NCBI GenBank assembly: GCA_963710675.1
Contig: CAVQBE010000015.1
Location: forward strand, 82,487-146,486
Origin: an uncultured beta proteobacterium
Lineage (GTDB): Bacteria; Pseudomonadota; Gammaproteobacteria; Burkholderiales; Burkholderiaceae_F
Reading direction: 5' to 3'
DNA: 64,000 nt
Both the position numbers and the translations under genes were made by a program. The notes beneath the pieces are model-generated. The model was not told the DNA's origin. It searched no databases and worked only from the letters and a program-made list of their open reading frames with translations. This document shows positions 1 to 10,119 of the stretch, in pieces. Each line of letters begins with the position of its first letter. Within the stretch, counting starts at the first letter, position 1.

Positions 1-446
1 GCGTATCCCTTGCCGTTGATGAACAAATACTCAACGCGCAAAAGCCGCTTGTTGTCGTCCGCCAGCCCGTAGCCAATCACTTCGATTTGGTCACCCACCT
101 TGAGCGGCTGCGACAAGCCCCAAGCCTGCATGCGCGACAACGGCGCAAATTCGACCTCCCAAACGCCAGCCGCGTTTGCGGGCACTTGCACCTTCTTCAG
201 AACGCCGGCGCCGTCGACCGCTTGCTGTTGCGCAGGAACGGTGCGCGAGGCGATGCCATCTGGAAGCTTTGTTGCGTCGACGCGCAACATCACTTCAGCG
301 TGCGGATTCTGCCAGCGCACCTGCGTCAGCGTGCCGCTCAAATACAGCGGCTTGTCCTGATCGAAGCTCGACCAGCCGTGATGAGCAAGGACCGGCGCGG
401 CGAGCAGCACGCCGATCGTCAGGTAAGCAAAGTGGCGACGATACAT
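1..446 (-). CDS. secreted DUF6152-like protein; C-terminus runs off the window
   Basis: Missing from the ORF track because it is open at the window edge. Reverse-strand ATG at 446 lies 4 nt after GAGGAGG. Translation is MYRRHFAYLTIGVLLAAPVLAHHGWSSFDQDKPLYLSGTLTQVRWQNPHAEV..., a signal peptide followed by an HH motif. The family name is from memory. Confidence 0.55.
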   Translation of the reverse strand, partial: MYRRHFAYLTIGVLLAAPVLAHHGWSSFDQDKPLYLSGTLTQVRWQNPHAEVMLRVDATKLPDGIASRTVPAQQQAVDGAGVLKKVQVPANAAGVWEVEFAPLSRMQAWGLSQPLKVGDQIEVIGYGLADDNKRLLRVEYLFINGKGY

Positions 447-468
447 ACGACCTCCTCAACATGACTAT

Positions 469-933
469 TCAAACGTAGGCAATCAAGCGGCCACAGGCGA
501 TGACGCCTATCCAGAGCACGACCGAGAGCAAGGACTGGGCCTTCGCGACCCAATCATGTAGCAGAAGGCTACCGCGTCGATGAAACCACCAGGCGTTGCC
601 GCCTGCCGTAGCGATCAACCCGAGCTTTATCTGAAACGCTCGGTTGGTGACAATCTCGGTGGCGCTCGAAATCAACATCAACAAACCCGCAGCGGCGGCC
701 ACTGCAAACGACACCAACGCTATCGTTACCGACAGGCGCGCGAGGGGCGAAAGCGGAACCGCCGGGGCCGCACCAAAGACGCGCAGCTCGAGCACCATTA
801 AGGATCCAAACACCGCGGCAAATGCAGCGATATGAATTGTCTCGAGCGCGGGATACGCCCAGATGGAGCGGCGTATCGCTTCCGACAACGGCCACGTCTC
901 AATCGCGGTCAGGGCGGTGGTGATCGCAGACAC
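469..933 (-). CDS. integral membrane protein of unknown function
   Basis: 154-aa ORF with about four hydrophobic helices (IHIAAFAAVFGSLMVLEL, VTIALVSFAVAAAAGLLMLI, LLSVVLWIGVIACG). It is tightly linked (22 nt) to the downstream gene. Confidence 0.6.
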   Translation of the reverse strand: MSAITTALTAIETWPLSEAIRRSIWAYPALETIHIAAFAAVFGSLMVLELRVFGAAPAVPLSPLARLSVTIALVSFAVAAAAGLLMLISSATEIVTNRAFQIKLGLIATAGGNAWWFHRRGSLLLHDWVAKAQSLLSVVLWIGVIACGRLIAYV

Positions 934-947
934 AGACGACTCTACGT

Positions 948-2477
948 CTAGCGACGACGTGTGCCGCCCAGTATTGATCCCAGAACTCCGCGCGTAATTT
1001 CGCGCGCTATCGACGACCCGACCGAACGCGCGGCGCTCTTGCTCATCGCCTCGACCATCCCTTCGCGTCGACCGCCGCGTGGACCGGTCGAGCCAAACAG
1101 AATGTCACCGAGTCCGCCCATGATGCCGCCCCCAGACGTCGGCGCGGGGGACGGAGCGCCGGGCTTGCCGCGACCTTGTCCCGCTGCCGGTGGCGATGCA
1201 CTTTCCGCGCGCGCCCTCAACATCTCGTGGGCAGACTCACGATCGACCGTCTTGTCGTACGTTCCGGCAACGATTGAATTCTTGATCAGTTGCCCGCGCT
1301 GATCCGGCGTGATGGGGCCAAGCTGCGATCCCGGCGGCAGTACCCAAGCGCGCTCCGTGATGCCGGGCGTGCCTTTAGCGTCGAGGAAGCTGACCAGCGC
1401 TTCGCCCACCGCCAGCTCAAGAATCGCCTTGGTCGCATCAATCTTCGGATTGGCGCGCATTGTCTCGGCCACAGACTTGACCGCTTTCTGGTCGCGTGGA
1501 GTGAATGCGCGCAGCGCGTGCTGCACGCGGTTGCCGAGCTGGCCCAGCACTTTATCGGGGATATCGAGGGGGTTTTGCGTGACGAAGAAAACGCCGACAC
1601 CTTTGGAGCGAATCAGCCGTACTACCTGCTCGACTTTTTCCAGCAATGCGGTCGGAGCGTCGTTGAATAACAAATGCGCCTCGTCGAAAAAGAATACGAG
1701 CTTCGGTTTGTCGCGATCGCCGACTTCGGGAAGGTTTTCAAATAATTCGGCCAGCAACCACAGCAGGAAGCTCGCATATAAGCGCGGGTTGTTCATCATC
1801 TTGTCCGCGGCAAGCACGTTGACAACGCCTTTGCCGTCAGTGGTCTGCATCAGGTCCGCGATGTCGAGCATCGGCTCACCGAAGAAGCGTTCACCGCCCT
1901 GCTCTTCGAGCTGCAACAGACCGCGCTGAATCGCACCGATCGACGCCGACGAGACGTTGCCGTATTGCGTCTTGAACTGAGCGGCGTTGTCACCGACGTA
2001 TTGCAGGATTGCGCGCAGGTCCTTCAGATCGAGCAGCAGCAAGCCGTTGTCGTCGGCCACCTTGAATACCAGAGACAGGACGCCTTCCTGCGTTTCGTTC
2101 AGCGCAAGCAGCCTTGCGAACAACAGCGGTCCCATATCCGACACGGTCGCGCGCACCGGATGCCCCTGCTCGCCCCAGATGTCCCATAGCGTGACTGGAC
2201 ATGCTTGCCAGTCCGGTTCCGGCAGCCCGCGCTCGGCAAGCCGGGCTTTCATCTTGTCGTCTGCCTTGCCCGCGGCTGCGATGCCCGAAAAGTCGCCCTT
2301 GATATCGGCCATGAACACCGGTACGCCAATATTCGAAAAGCTTTCGGCCATTTTTTGCATCGTTACCGTCTTGCCGGTACCGGTGGCGCCGGTAACGCAG
2401 CCGTGTCGATTCGCTAGCGCCGGCAACAAGGCGAGTTCGGTATTACCCGACATTGCAATCACGAGCGGTTCAGCCAT
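948..2477 (-). CDS. DUF853 / HerA-like P-loop ATPase (YjgR family)
   Basis: Start chosen at [12 protein letters not shown] (ATG at 2477). Walker A is GATGTGKT and Walker B-like is LVFFFDEAH. Family-typical sequence continues through [26 protein letters not shown]. The 153-codon upstream extension of the track ORF overlaps yebC and looks non-coding. Confidence 0.85.
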   Translation of the reverse strand: MAEPLVIAMSGNTELALLPALANRHGCVTGATGTGKTVTMQKMAESFSNIGVPVFMADIKGDFSGIAAAGKADDKMKARLAERGLPEPDWQACPVTLWDIWGEQGHPVRATVSDMGPLLFARLLALNETQEGVLSLVFKVADDNGLLLLDLKDLRAILQYVGDNAAQFKTQYGNVSSASIGAIQRGLLQLEEQGGERFFGEPMLDIADLMQTTDGKGVVNVLAADKMMNNPRLYASFLLWLLAELFENLPEVGDRDKPKLVFFFDEAHLLFNDAPTALLEKVEQVVRLIRSKGVGVFFVTQNPLDIPDKVLGQLGNRVQHALRAFTPRDQKAVKSVAETMRANPKIDATKAILELAVGEALVSFLDAKGTPGITERAWVLPPGSQLGPITPDQRGQLIKNSIVAGTYDKTVDRESAHEMLRARAESASPPAAGQGRGKPGAPSPAPTSGGGIMGGLGDILFGSTGPRGGRREGMVEAMSKSAARSVGSSIAREITRGVLGSILGGTRRR

Positions 2478-2591
2478 GCAAGCCTCGACTGGTTGTTTCG
2501 CAAAGCGTAGCCGAACGGGAGTTTCGGAGCGCACCGCTCCTGATGTACTGCTTGTTACACTCGCGCCCCTTTTCCGAGTCGCAGCGATCCC

Positions 2592-3317
2592 ATGGCCGGC
2601 CATTCCAAGTGGGCCAACATTCAGCATCGAAAAAACCGCCAGGATGCGAAGCGCGGTTCGCTGTGGACGAAGATCATTCGTGAAGTGACGGTTGCTGCGC
2701 GCGACGGTGGCGCCGATCCTGGCATGAACCCGCGCCTGCGCCTTGCTCTCGAGAAGGCTCGGCTTGGCAACGTTCCCAAAGACAAGCTCACGGGCGCGAT
2801 CCAGCGTGGCGCCGGCAAGCTCGAGGGTGTGACCTACGAAGAGATTCGATACGAGGGGTATGGCATCGGCGGCGCGGCATTGATGATCGATGCGCTGACC
2901 GATAACCGGGTGCGTACCGTCGCCGAAGTGCGGCATGCATTAGCGAAGCATGGCGGCAACCTCGGTACCGACGGCTCGGTTGCATTCAACTTCAAGCATT
3001 GCGGCCAATTGCTGTTTGCGCCCGGCACATCGGAAGAGAAAGTGATGGACGTTGCGCTCGACGCCGGTGCCGAGGATGTGATCGCCAATGATGACGGCAC
3101 GGTCGAAGTCATCTCGGCGCCCGCCGACTTTGAAAAGGTTCGCACCGCACTTGACAGTGCGGGGCTGAAACCCGAGCTTGCCGAGGTGACGATGAAGCCT
3201 CTCGCGGAAACGGTACTCACGGGTGACGATGCCGACAGGATGCAAAAACTGCTCGACATCCTTGAAGACCTGGACGATGTGCAACAGGTGTACACCACCG
3301 CCGCAATCGCAGCGTGA
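2592..3317 (+). CDS. YebC/PmpR family DNA-binding transcriptional regulator
   Basis: N-terminus [22 protein letters not shown] is the family hallmark. Length is 241 aa. Confidence 0.95.
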   Translation: MAGHSKWANIQHRKNRQDAKRGSLWTKIIREVTVAARDGGADPGMNPRLRLALEKARLGNVPKDKLTGAIQRGAGKLEGVTYEEIRYEGYGIGGAALMIDALTDNRVRTVAEVRHALAKHGGNLGTDGSVAFNFKHCGQLLFAPGTSEEKVMDVALDAGAEDVIANDDGTVEVISAPADFEKVRTALDSAGLKPELAEVTMKPLAETVLTGDDADRMQKLLDILEDLDDVQQVYTTAAIAA

Positions 3318-3327
3318 ACAGGCCTAG

Positions 3328-4623
3328 ATGAAGCTGCTGGTCATTGGCGGCGGCGGTCGCGAGCACGCGATCGCGTGGAAACTGGCTCGGTCGGCACGCG
3401 TGCAGACTATCTTTGTCGCGCCTGGTAATGGCGGTACTGCGGGCGACAAGCGCTTTCAGAATGTTCCGTACGAAAGCAATGAAGCGCTGGCGGACTTTGC
3501 TCAGCGCGAAGGTGTGGCGTTTACAGTCGTCGGACCCGAAGCTCCGCTTGCCTCCGGCGTGGTCGATGTGTTTCGTTCGCGCGGATTGAGAATCTTCGGC
3601 CCCACGCGAGCAGCCGCGCAGCTCGAGAGTTCGAAGGATTTTGCCAAGGCGTTCATGCAGCGCCACCGAATCCCGACCGCCCAGTATCAGACCTTCACAG
3701 ATGCCGTGCTCGCGCGCGCATACGTCAACGAGCGTGGCGCACCGATCGTCATCAAGGCGGATGGTTTGGCTGCAGGCAAGGGAGTGGTCGTTGCTATGAC
3801 GTTGGACGAGGCCAACGCTGCGATCGATTCAATGCTGATTGACAACCGCATGGGCGCGAGCGGTGCGCGTGTCGTGATCGAGCAGTTTCTAACGGGCGAG
3901 GAAGCAAGCTTCATCGTCATGTCGGACGGCAAGAACGTGCTGGCGCTCGCCACGAGTCAGGATCACAAGCGCTTGCTCGATGACGACCGCGGGCCGAACA
4001 CCGGCGGCATGGGTGCGTATTCGCCAGCGCCCGTCATCACGCCGACGATCCACGCACGTGCGCTGCGCGAGATCATCATGCCGACAGTCAACGGAATGGC
4101 CGCCGACGGAATTCCGTACCAGGGATTTTTGTATGCCGGCCTGATGATTGAACCCGACGGCAACATCAAGACGCTCGAATTCAATTGCCGCCTGGGCGAT
4201 CCGGAAACTCAACCGATCATGCTGCGACTGAAGTCCAGTCTCGCGCAATTAATTGATGCTGCAATTGATGGACGGCTTGACCAGGTCGAGGCCGAATGGG
4301 ATCGCCGCACCGCACTCGGTGTCGTGATCGCTTCTGCGGGTTACCCTGACAATCCGCGCACTGGCGACGCGATCACGCGGCTACCGAATGACACTGAAGA
4401 CTGTATTACCTTTCACGCCGGCACAGCGTTCGAGGATCAGCAACTTGTAACGCGTGGTGGCCGTGTGCTGTGTGTCACCGCGCTGGGCGAAACGGTGCGT
4501 GCCGCGCAAAAACGCGCATACGACGCGGTGGACGAAGTCGAGTTCAGTGGAATGCAATGCCGCCGCGACATCGGGCATCGTGCCCTCGCACCGAAAACAA
4601 CCGCTAGGATCGTTGATGCCTGA
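3328..4623 (+). CDS. purD: phosphoribosylamine--glycine ligase
   Basis: MKLLVIGGGGREHAIAWKLA N-terminus, ATP-grasp body and EFNCRLGDPETQ motif. Length is 431 aa. Confidence 0.95.
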   Translation: MKLLVIGGGGREHAIAWKLARSARVQTIFVAPGNGGTAGDKRFQNVPYESNEALADFAQREGVAFTVVGPEAPLASGVVDVFRSRGLRIFGPTRAAAQLESSKDFAKAFMQRHRIPTAQYQTFTDAVLARAYVNERGAPIVIKADGLAAGKGVVVAMTLDEANAAIDSMLIDNRMGASGARVVIEQFLTGEEASFIVMSDGKNVLALATSQDHKRLLDDDRGPNTGGMGAYSPAPVITPTIHARALREIIMPTVNGMAADGIPYQGFLYAGLMIEPDGNIKTLEFNCRLGDPETQPIMLRLKSSLAQLIDAAIDGRLDQVEAEWDRRTALGVVIASAGYPDNPRTGDAITRLPNDTEDCITFHAGTAFEDQQLVTRGGRVLCVTALGETVRAAQKRAYDAVDEVEFSGMQCRRDIGHRALAPKTTARIVDA

Positions 4624-6610
4624 CACGCCGTACACCGTAGAACAGCACATCGCGCTGAAGCGCGTGTCGGCGATTGCACCGTCACCGGACGGTACTTGGC
4701 TCGCCGTTGCCGTGCAAAGGCTCGATCGCGAGGGCGTGAAGTACGTATCCGACATTTGGAAGGTGCCTACCGACGGCAGCGACGCAACGCAACTGACACG
4801 CGGCGACAGCAAGGACACAGCGCTTTGTTTCCGCCGGGACGGTGCACTCGGATTTCTTTCGAACCGGCAGCCAAATGAAGTCGAGAGCGACGACGACGCC
4901 GAGAAGCGCATGCAGGTCTGGTTGTTACCGGCAGCCGGCGGCGAAGCTCTGCAGCTGACCGATGAACCGCTTGGTATCAGCGATTTCAAGTTTGCGAAGA
5001 ATGCTGACTGTCTGGTCGTGCTGGCTTCCGTGCTGGATGGCGTCGAATACGACAAACAACGCGAAACCGCAAAGGACCGTGAGAAGAAAGGTTCAAGCGC
5101 GCGTCACTTCCGCAGTCAGCCGGTGCGCCACTGGGACCACTGGCTGCACGAGAACGACAACATGGCGAACACGCACGTGATTGCGTATTCATCCGATGGA
5201 AAAGCGCGCACCGATCTAACACCGGAGGCACGTCGGGAGATGTCGGTCGAGCCTGGATTCGACGTCTCACCCGATGGCCGGCACGTTGCCGTGACATGGC
5301 AGAGCACCGGCGACGATCGCGAAACCGACACCGCGATCGCGCTGATCGCTGTCGAGTCCAAAAAGATGGCCATCGTTGGCGCAGCGACCAACAGCAACAC
5401 GGAATCACCGCGATTTTCACCCGACGGTAAGACGCTCGCCGTAATTCGCATGACGCGCTCGCCGACCGTCGTTGTTCGCCCAACGCTTACGTTGATCGAC
5501 GCGGCAAGCGGGTCGCTGCGTGAAGTTGCCAAAGACTTCGAGGCGTGGCCTGAACTAGGCGATTGGTCCGCCGATGGCAAACGTTTGATCGTCGGCGCCG
5601 ACGTCGCGGGGCATGTGCCAGTTTTTGCAATAGAAGTTGATACCGGTAAAGCAGAGAGGATCACTGCCGAGCGCGAAGGTGGTGCTCACGGCGATCTGCA
5701 TGTGCTTCGGGACGGACGCATCGCCGGAATTCGCTCGACGTTTCTCGAGCCACCCGAAGCATTCGTCGTCGCGTCAAGAGGCAGTTCCCCGCCGCAGACG
5801 CTGGCACGCCTTTCGGGTTTCGAATATCCGGATTGGGTGGAGGTCGAAAACCTTGCAGCCAAATCAACCGACGGCATCAATGTGCAGTACTTCGTCGTGA
5901 AGCCGAAGAACGCGCAAGGCCGACTGCCCACATTGCTCTGGATTCACGGCGGCCCGATCGGCATGACGGCAGATGCCTGGCACTGGCGGTGGAATCCGTT
6001 GCTTGCGGTCGCGCAGGGTTATACGGTCGTGCAACCGAACCCGCGCGGCTCGACGGGCTTTGGCCAGCAGTTCGTACAGGGTATCTGGGGCAACGTCTGG
6101 GGCGACCAGTGCTACAAGGACCTTATGGCGGTCACCGATGCAATTGCCGCGCGCGCCGACGTCGATCCGAATCGGATGATGGCGATGGGTGGCAGCTTCG
6201 GCGGCTACATGACGAACTGGATCGGCACGCAGACGCAGCGCTTTAAATGTCTGATTACGCACGCGTGCGTAACGACGATGGCGCAATTCACCGGCACCAC
6301 GGATCACCCCGCCTGGTGGTACCTGGAAATGGGCGGCGAGGATCCGTACGCTGACCCCGCTGCGTACGATCGCTACGCACCGATCCGCCATATCAAACAG
6401 TGGAAAACACCGGCGCTGATCATTCACGGTGAAAAGGATTACCGCTGTCCGATCGGTGAAGGACTGAACCTGTTCGAAGCACTTCAATACCACGGCGTGC
6501 CGTCAGAGATGCTGGTGTTCCCCGACGAGAACCACTGGATCATGAAGCCGCGCAATATCGTCGCGTGGTACGACACGGTGTTGGGCTTCATTAAGCGCCA
6601 CCTTTCGTGA
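4616..6610 (+). CDS. S9 family serine peptidase (prolyl oligopeptidase / acylaminoacyl-peptidase type)
   Basis: Start set at [10 protein letters not shown] (ATG 4616, overlapping the purD stop). Beta-propeller-like N-terminal half. Catalytic Ser in GGSFGG, Asp in HGEKDYRCP, His in DENHW. Confidence 0.85.
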   Translation: MPDTPYTVEQHIALKRVSAIAPSPDGTWLAVAVQRLDREGVKYVSDIWKVPTDGSDATQLTRGDSKDTALCFRRDGALGFLSNRQPNEVESDDDAEKRMQVWLLPAAGGEALQLTDEPLGISDFKFAKNADCLVVLASVLDGVEYDKQRETAKDREKKGSSARHFRSQPVRHWDHWLHENDNMANTHVIAYSSDGKARTDLTPEARREMSVEPGFDVSPDGRHVAVTWQSTGDDRETDTAIALIAVESKKMAIVGAATNSNTESPRFSPDGKTLAVIRMTRSPTVVVRPTLTLIDAASGSLREVAKDFEAWPELGDWSADGKRLIVGADVAGHVPVFAIEVDTGKAERITAEREGGAHGDLHVLRDGRIAGIRSTFLEPPEAFVVASRGSSPPQTLARLSGFEYPDWVEVENLAAKSTDGINVQYFVVKPKNAQGRLPTLLWIHGGPIGMTADAWHWRWNPLLAVAQGYTVVQPNPRGSTGFGQQFVQGIWGNVWGDQCYKDLMAVTDAIAARADVDPNRMMAMGGSFGGYMTNWIGTQTQRFKCLITHACVTTMAQFTGTTDHPAWWYLEMGGEDPYADPAAYDRYAPIRHIKQWKTPALIIHGEKDYRCPIGEGLNLFEALQYHGVPSEMLVFPDENHWIMKPRNIVAWYDTVLGFIKRHLS

Positions 6611-7530
6611 CCGCAGAGTTTCTCGACAGTCAAAGCGTTCGCGAGTATCTGCTCGACCTGCAACAACGGATCGTCGACGCGTTCGAACGACTGGACGGCC
6701 GGCGATTCCGTCACGATGTCTGGGAGAAGCCCGCCGATGCGCAACTCGGCGGCGGTGGACTGACGCGCATTATCGAAAACGGCAATCTGCTCGAACGCGG
6801 AGGGGTCGGCTTCTCACATGTCGTCGGCAAGGCGCTGCCGCCGTCGGCCAGCGCCCAACGACCCGAACTGGCAGGACGACGCTTCGAAGCGCTCGGTGTC
6901 TCGCTCGTTTTTCATCCGCGCAATCCGCACGTTCCTACCGTACACATGAACGTCCGGTTCTTCATTGCGAAAGCTAAGGATCAGCGCGACATTTTCTGGT
7001 TCGGTGGCGGAATGGATCTGACGCCTTACTACGGTTACGAGGAGGACGCGCAGCACTTTCACGGAACGTGCAAACGTGCTCTCGATCCCTTCGGCGCCGA
7101 CAAATACCCGCGTTTCAAGAAATGGTGCGACGAGTATTTCTATCTGAAGCACCGTGACGAGCCGCGTGGCATAGGTGGCGTGTTCTTTGATGATTTTCAC
7201 GAGCCGGGTTTCGCGCAGAGCTTTGCAATGCAGCGCGCGGTAGGCGATTCGTTTCTTGACGCTTACGTAGCCATCGTCGAGCGCCGCCGGGATACGTCTT
7301 ACGGCGACCGCGAGCGCGACTTTCAGGCGTATCGGCGCGGCCGCTACGTTGAATTCAATCTTGTATTCGATCGCGGCACCTTGTTCGGACTGCAGTCGGG
7401 TGGCCGCACCGAATCGATCCTGATGTCGCTGCCTCCAATCGTGCATTGGAAATACGACTGGCAGCCTGAGCCCGGAACGCCTGAAGCGCGGCTGTACTCG
7501 GAGTTTCTGCGACCACGGGAATGGGCCTAG
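6607..7530 (+). CDS. hemF: oxygen-dependent coproporphyrinogen III oxidase
   Basis: [33 protein letters not shown] block is typical of HemF. The GTG start overlaps the upstream stop (GTGA). Confidence 0.9.
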   Translation: MTAEFLDSQSVREYLLDLQQRIVDAFERLDGRRFRHDVWEKPADAQLGGGGLTRIIENGNLLERGGVGFSHVVGKALPPSASAQRPELAGRRFEALGVSLVFHPRNPHVPTVHMNVRFFIAKAKDQRDIFWFGGGMDLTPYYGYEEDAQHFHGTCKRALDPFGADKYPRFKKWCDEYFYLKHRDEPRGIGGVFFDDFHEPGFAQSFAMQRAVGDSFLDAYVAIVERRRDTSYGDRERDFQAYRRGRYVEFNLVFDRGTLFGLQSGGRTESILMSLPPIVHWKYDWQPEPGTPEARLYSEFLRPREWA

Positions 7531-7533
7531 CGG

Positions 7534-8193
7534 ATGGACGACGCAGCGGCGCCGATCGGGCTGCTCGGGGGCAGCTTCGATCCGATTCATCACGGTCATC
7601 TGCAGTTGGCACACGACGCGCTGAAGCATTTACCGCTCGAGGAGGTTCGCTTTGTCCCCGCTGCCCAACCGTGGCAGAAGGGTCCGATCACCGCCGCCGG
7701 ACACAGAGCGCAAATGGTGCAATTGGCGATTGCCGATCAGCCGCGATTTGCGCTCGACATGCGCGAAATCGAACGCGGTGGAGTGACCTACACGATTGAC
7801 ACGTTGCATGCGCTGCGTTCACAGATGCCCGACCGCCCGCTCGTGTTGGTCATGGGCTCGGATCAGTTCGCGCGGCTTAATACCTGGCGTGACTGGCTAC
7901 AGGTCATTCAGCTGGCGCATGTTGCCGTCGCAACGCGCGCCGCGGCGCATGTTCCACTCAGCGCGAAAATGTTGACGCTGCTCGACGAGCGGCGTGCAGA
8001 AGCCGCATCCCTGGCTTCGAAAGCGGGCGGCAACGTCGTCGAATTCGCGATGACGCCGGTGGATGCGTCCGCAACCGAGGTTCGTCGTTTGCTGCGCCAG
8101 CCGAACTCAGCCGAAAGGGCGCAGCGTCTGTCCGCGATGGTTCCTGCCGCGGTGCTCAACTATATTGATTCGCATCACCTGTATCGGGACTAA
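7534..8193 (+). CDS. nadD: nicotinate-nucleotide adenylyltransferase
   Basis: GGSFDPIHHGH nucleotidyltransferase motif. Conserved nadD-rsfS-rlmH context. Confidence 0.9.
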   Translation: MDDAAAPIGLLGGSFDPIHHGHLQLAHDALKHLPLEEVRFVPAAQPWQKGPITAAGHRAQMVQLAIADQPRFALDMREIERGGVTYTIDTLHALRSQMPDRPLVLVMGSDQFARLNTWRDWLQVIQLAHVAVATRAAAHVPLSAKMLTLLDERRAEAASLASKAGGNVVEFAMTPVDASATEVRRLLRQPNSAERAQRLSAMVPAAVLNYIDSHHLYRD

Positions 8194-8194
8194 T

Positions 8195-8593
8195 TTGGAC
8201 ATCAGAAAACTGCAGCGCCTGGTTGTCGATGCGCTCGAGGACGTCAAGGCGCAGAACATCGAGGTCTTCAATACCGCCGGGTTATCGGACATGTTCGAGC
8301 GGGTCGTGATTGCCAGCGGCACGTCGAATCGCCAGACCCGCGCGCTCGCATCTTCCGTTGTCGAGAAGGTCAAGGAAGCCGGCGGCGATATCGTCAGTGT
8401 CGAGGGCGCCGAAGCCGGCGAGTGGGTCCTGGTCGACTGCAACGAAGTGATTGTGCACATCATGCAACCGGCCTATCGCGCCTACTACAACCTGGAAGAA
8501 ATATGGGGTGGCAAGCCGGTTCGCCTCAAGTCTGCCGCGGTGGCGACGAAAAAGTCCTCAGGCAAGGCGAAAAGAGCGGTATCCGCGTCGTAG
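8195..8593 (+). CDS. rsfS: ribosome silencing factor
   Basis: RsfS-like body (DALEDVKAQNIEVFNT...DWVLVDCNEVIVHIMQPAYRAYYNLEEIWG). I chose the TTG start at 8195, just after the nadD stop. The track ORF's upstream 44 codons overlap nadD. Confidence 0.75.
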   Translation: MDIRKLQRLVVDALEDVKAQNIEVFNTAGLSDMFERVVIASGTSNRQTRALASSVVEKVKEAGGDIVSVEGAEAGEWVLVDCNEVIVHIMQPAYRAYYNLEEIWGGKPVRLKSAAVATKKSSGKAKRAVSAS

Positions 8594-8599
8594 CTGCAG

Positions 8600-9070
8600 A
8601 TGAAAATCACCGTGGTCGCGGTCGGCCAGCGACAGCCACCGTGGGCCAATGCGGCGGTCGATGAGTACCTGTCCCGCCTTCCCGCCGAGTTCAAAGTGGA
8701 GTGCAAGCTGGTTAAAGCCGAATCCCGTAGCGGCGATGTCCCCCTCGCGCGTGTGCTAAGCGCCGAGGCAGCTCGTGTTCGCGCCGCGATACCCAACGGC
8801 GCATGGCTGATAGCACTCGACGAGCGTGGCAAAGATTGGACGACTCAGCAATTAGCCGCGCAGCTTCAGCGTTGGCAGGACTCCGCTGGCGACGTGGCTT
8901 TCGCGATCGGCGGCGCTGACGGCCTGGATGCCAAGCTAAAGCAAGAAGCCCGCATGCTTCTGCGACTGTCGAGCATGACGCTGCCGCACGCGCTTGCCAG
9001 GGTGATGCTGGCCGAGCAGTTGTATCGCGCGGCTTCGATCCTCGCCGGGCACCCATACCATCGCGCCTAG
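8600..9070 (+). CDS. rlmH: 23S rRNA (pseudouridine1915-N3)-methyltransferase
   Basis: 156-aa SPOUT protein starting MKITVVAVGQ..., C-terminal LPHALARVMLAEQLYRA. Conserved position after rsfS. Confidence 0.9.
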   Translation: MKITVVAVGQRQPPWANAAVDEYLSRLPAEFKVECKLVKAESRSGDVPLARVLSAEAARVRAAIPNGAWLIALDERGKDWTTQQLAAQLQRWQDSAGDVAFAIGGADGLDAKLKQEARMLLRLSSMTLPHALARVMLAEQLYRAASILAGHPYHRA

Positions 9071-9082
9071 CAGGACTATCTA

Positions 9083-9694
9083 ATGCCCGGCGTTCTTTAT
9101 CTCGCCTCACGCAGTCCACGCCGACGCGAGCTGCTAAAACAGATCGGCATCAAGTTCGATCCGCTGCTGTTGCGGCTTGCGAATCCACGGGGGCCGGATG
9201 TCGACGAATCACAACACGACGGCGAGTCCTGCGGCGATTATGTCGAACGTACTGCGCGTCAGAAGGCGGCGTTCGGGCTCGACGTTTTGCGAATGCGATC
9301 GATGCTGTATCGGCCCGTGCTGTCGGCAGACACCATCGTCATCGTCGATGGCGGCGTTCTTGCCAAGCCTGCAAACGTCGAGCAGGCGCGCGAGTTCATG
9401 CGCAAGCTATCGGGACGCACGCACGAAGTGCGAACTGCCGTGGCACTTGCAATGGAAGGTTCGCTAACCACCGCAACTTCGGTTTCGCAGGTGACTCTGC
9501 GCCCGCTGACCAACGACGAGATCCAGCGCTACTGCGCGACCTCCGAGCCCTACGACAAGGCCGGCGGCTACGCAATACAAGGGCTTGCCTCGATCTTTAT
9601 CGAACGGCTGGAAGGAAGTTACTCGGGTGTTATGGGGTTGCCGCTATTTGAAACTGCGCGACTGCTCTCCAGCGCAGGATTGAAAGTGCTGTAA
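9083..9694 (+). CDS. maf: Maf-like nucleoside triphosphate pyrophosphatase
   Basis: LYLASRSPRRRELLKQIGI N-terminus and GGYAIQG motif. Lies upstream of rng, as in many proteobacteria. Confidence 0.9.
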   Translation: MPGVLYLASRSPRRRELLKQIGIKFDPLLLRLANPRGPDVDESQHDGESCGDYVERTARQKAAFGLDVLRMRSMLYRPVLSADTIVIVDGGVLAKPANVEQAREFMRKLSGRTHEVRTAVALAMEGSLTTATSVSQVTLRPLTNDEIQRYCATSEPYDKAGGYAIQGLASIFIERLEGSYSGVMGLPLFETARLLSSAGLKVL

Positions 9695-9700
9695 ACGAAA

Positions 9701-9728
9701 ACGGCTCGCCGTTTTCGCGGCGAGCCGT
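9701..9728. terminator. bidirectional intrinsic terminator hairpin
   Basis: ACGGCTCGCCG (9701-9711) pairs perfectly with CGGCGAGCCGT (9718-9728) across a 6-nt loop. On the minus strand it is followed by TTTTCGTTT, so it serves the small gene 9748-9963. On the plus strand it sits 7 nt after the maf stop. Confidence 0.6.
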
Positions 9729-9747
9729 CCTGCGGACAAAAACGGAG

Positions 9748-9963
9748 TTACTTCTTCGCCTTCTCTTTATCGGCCAAGGCCTTGCACTGAGCGTCTTTCG
9801 CCGCGTCTTTCATCTTGGCGTCCTTCGCGGCCCCGTCCATATAGGTCTTGCATTCCGCTGCCGTCATTTCCTTGGGTTTCGGTGCGTCCTTCGTCTGCGC
9901 ACCAACGGTGGCTGCAGCGAGGCCCAGGCAGCAGGCGATTGATACGGAAGCTAGCGTCTTCAT
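9748..9963 (-). CDS. small secreted Lys/Ala-rich protein with two Cys
   Basis: 71 aa. Signal peptide MKTLASVSIACCLGLAAATVGAQ, then a K/A/D-rich mature part. It has its own terminator. Confidence 0.55.
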   Translation of the reverse strand: MKTLASVSIACCLGLAAATVGAQTKDAPKPKEMTAAECKTYMDGAAKDAKMKDAAKDAQCKALADKEKAKK

Positions 9964-10119
9964 GGTTCTCTCCCTTGTTGTGGTTGGTGCAGTTGGCGCC
10001 CGAACGTATGCGCTGGGTCGTTCAAGTGCAGCCCAAGCATAACCTTATGCGCCAGCTGACCTCAAGCGGGATACTCAGGGATTGCCCCAAGGGCCTGCGA
10101 TACCATCGACGCCGACCCT

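Noticed and set aside
87-478. Three plus-strand ORFs at the left edge (87-464, 100-360, 176-478)
   Set aside because: They are Arg/Ala-rich nonsense antisense to a much better minus-strand gene that has an RBS, a signal peptide and a conserved-looking body.
2478-2936. 153-codon N-terminal extension of the DUF853 ATPase ORF (track ORF 948-2936)
   Set aside because: It overlaps the divergent yebC start region and the translation is nonsense. The family N-terminus begins at [12 protein letters not shown] (2477).
4454-4615. Upstream 54 codons of the S9 peptidase ORF
   Set aside because: They lie entirely inside purD in another frame. The peptidase-like sequence begins at the Met at 4616.
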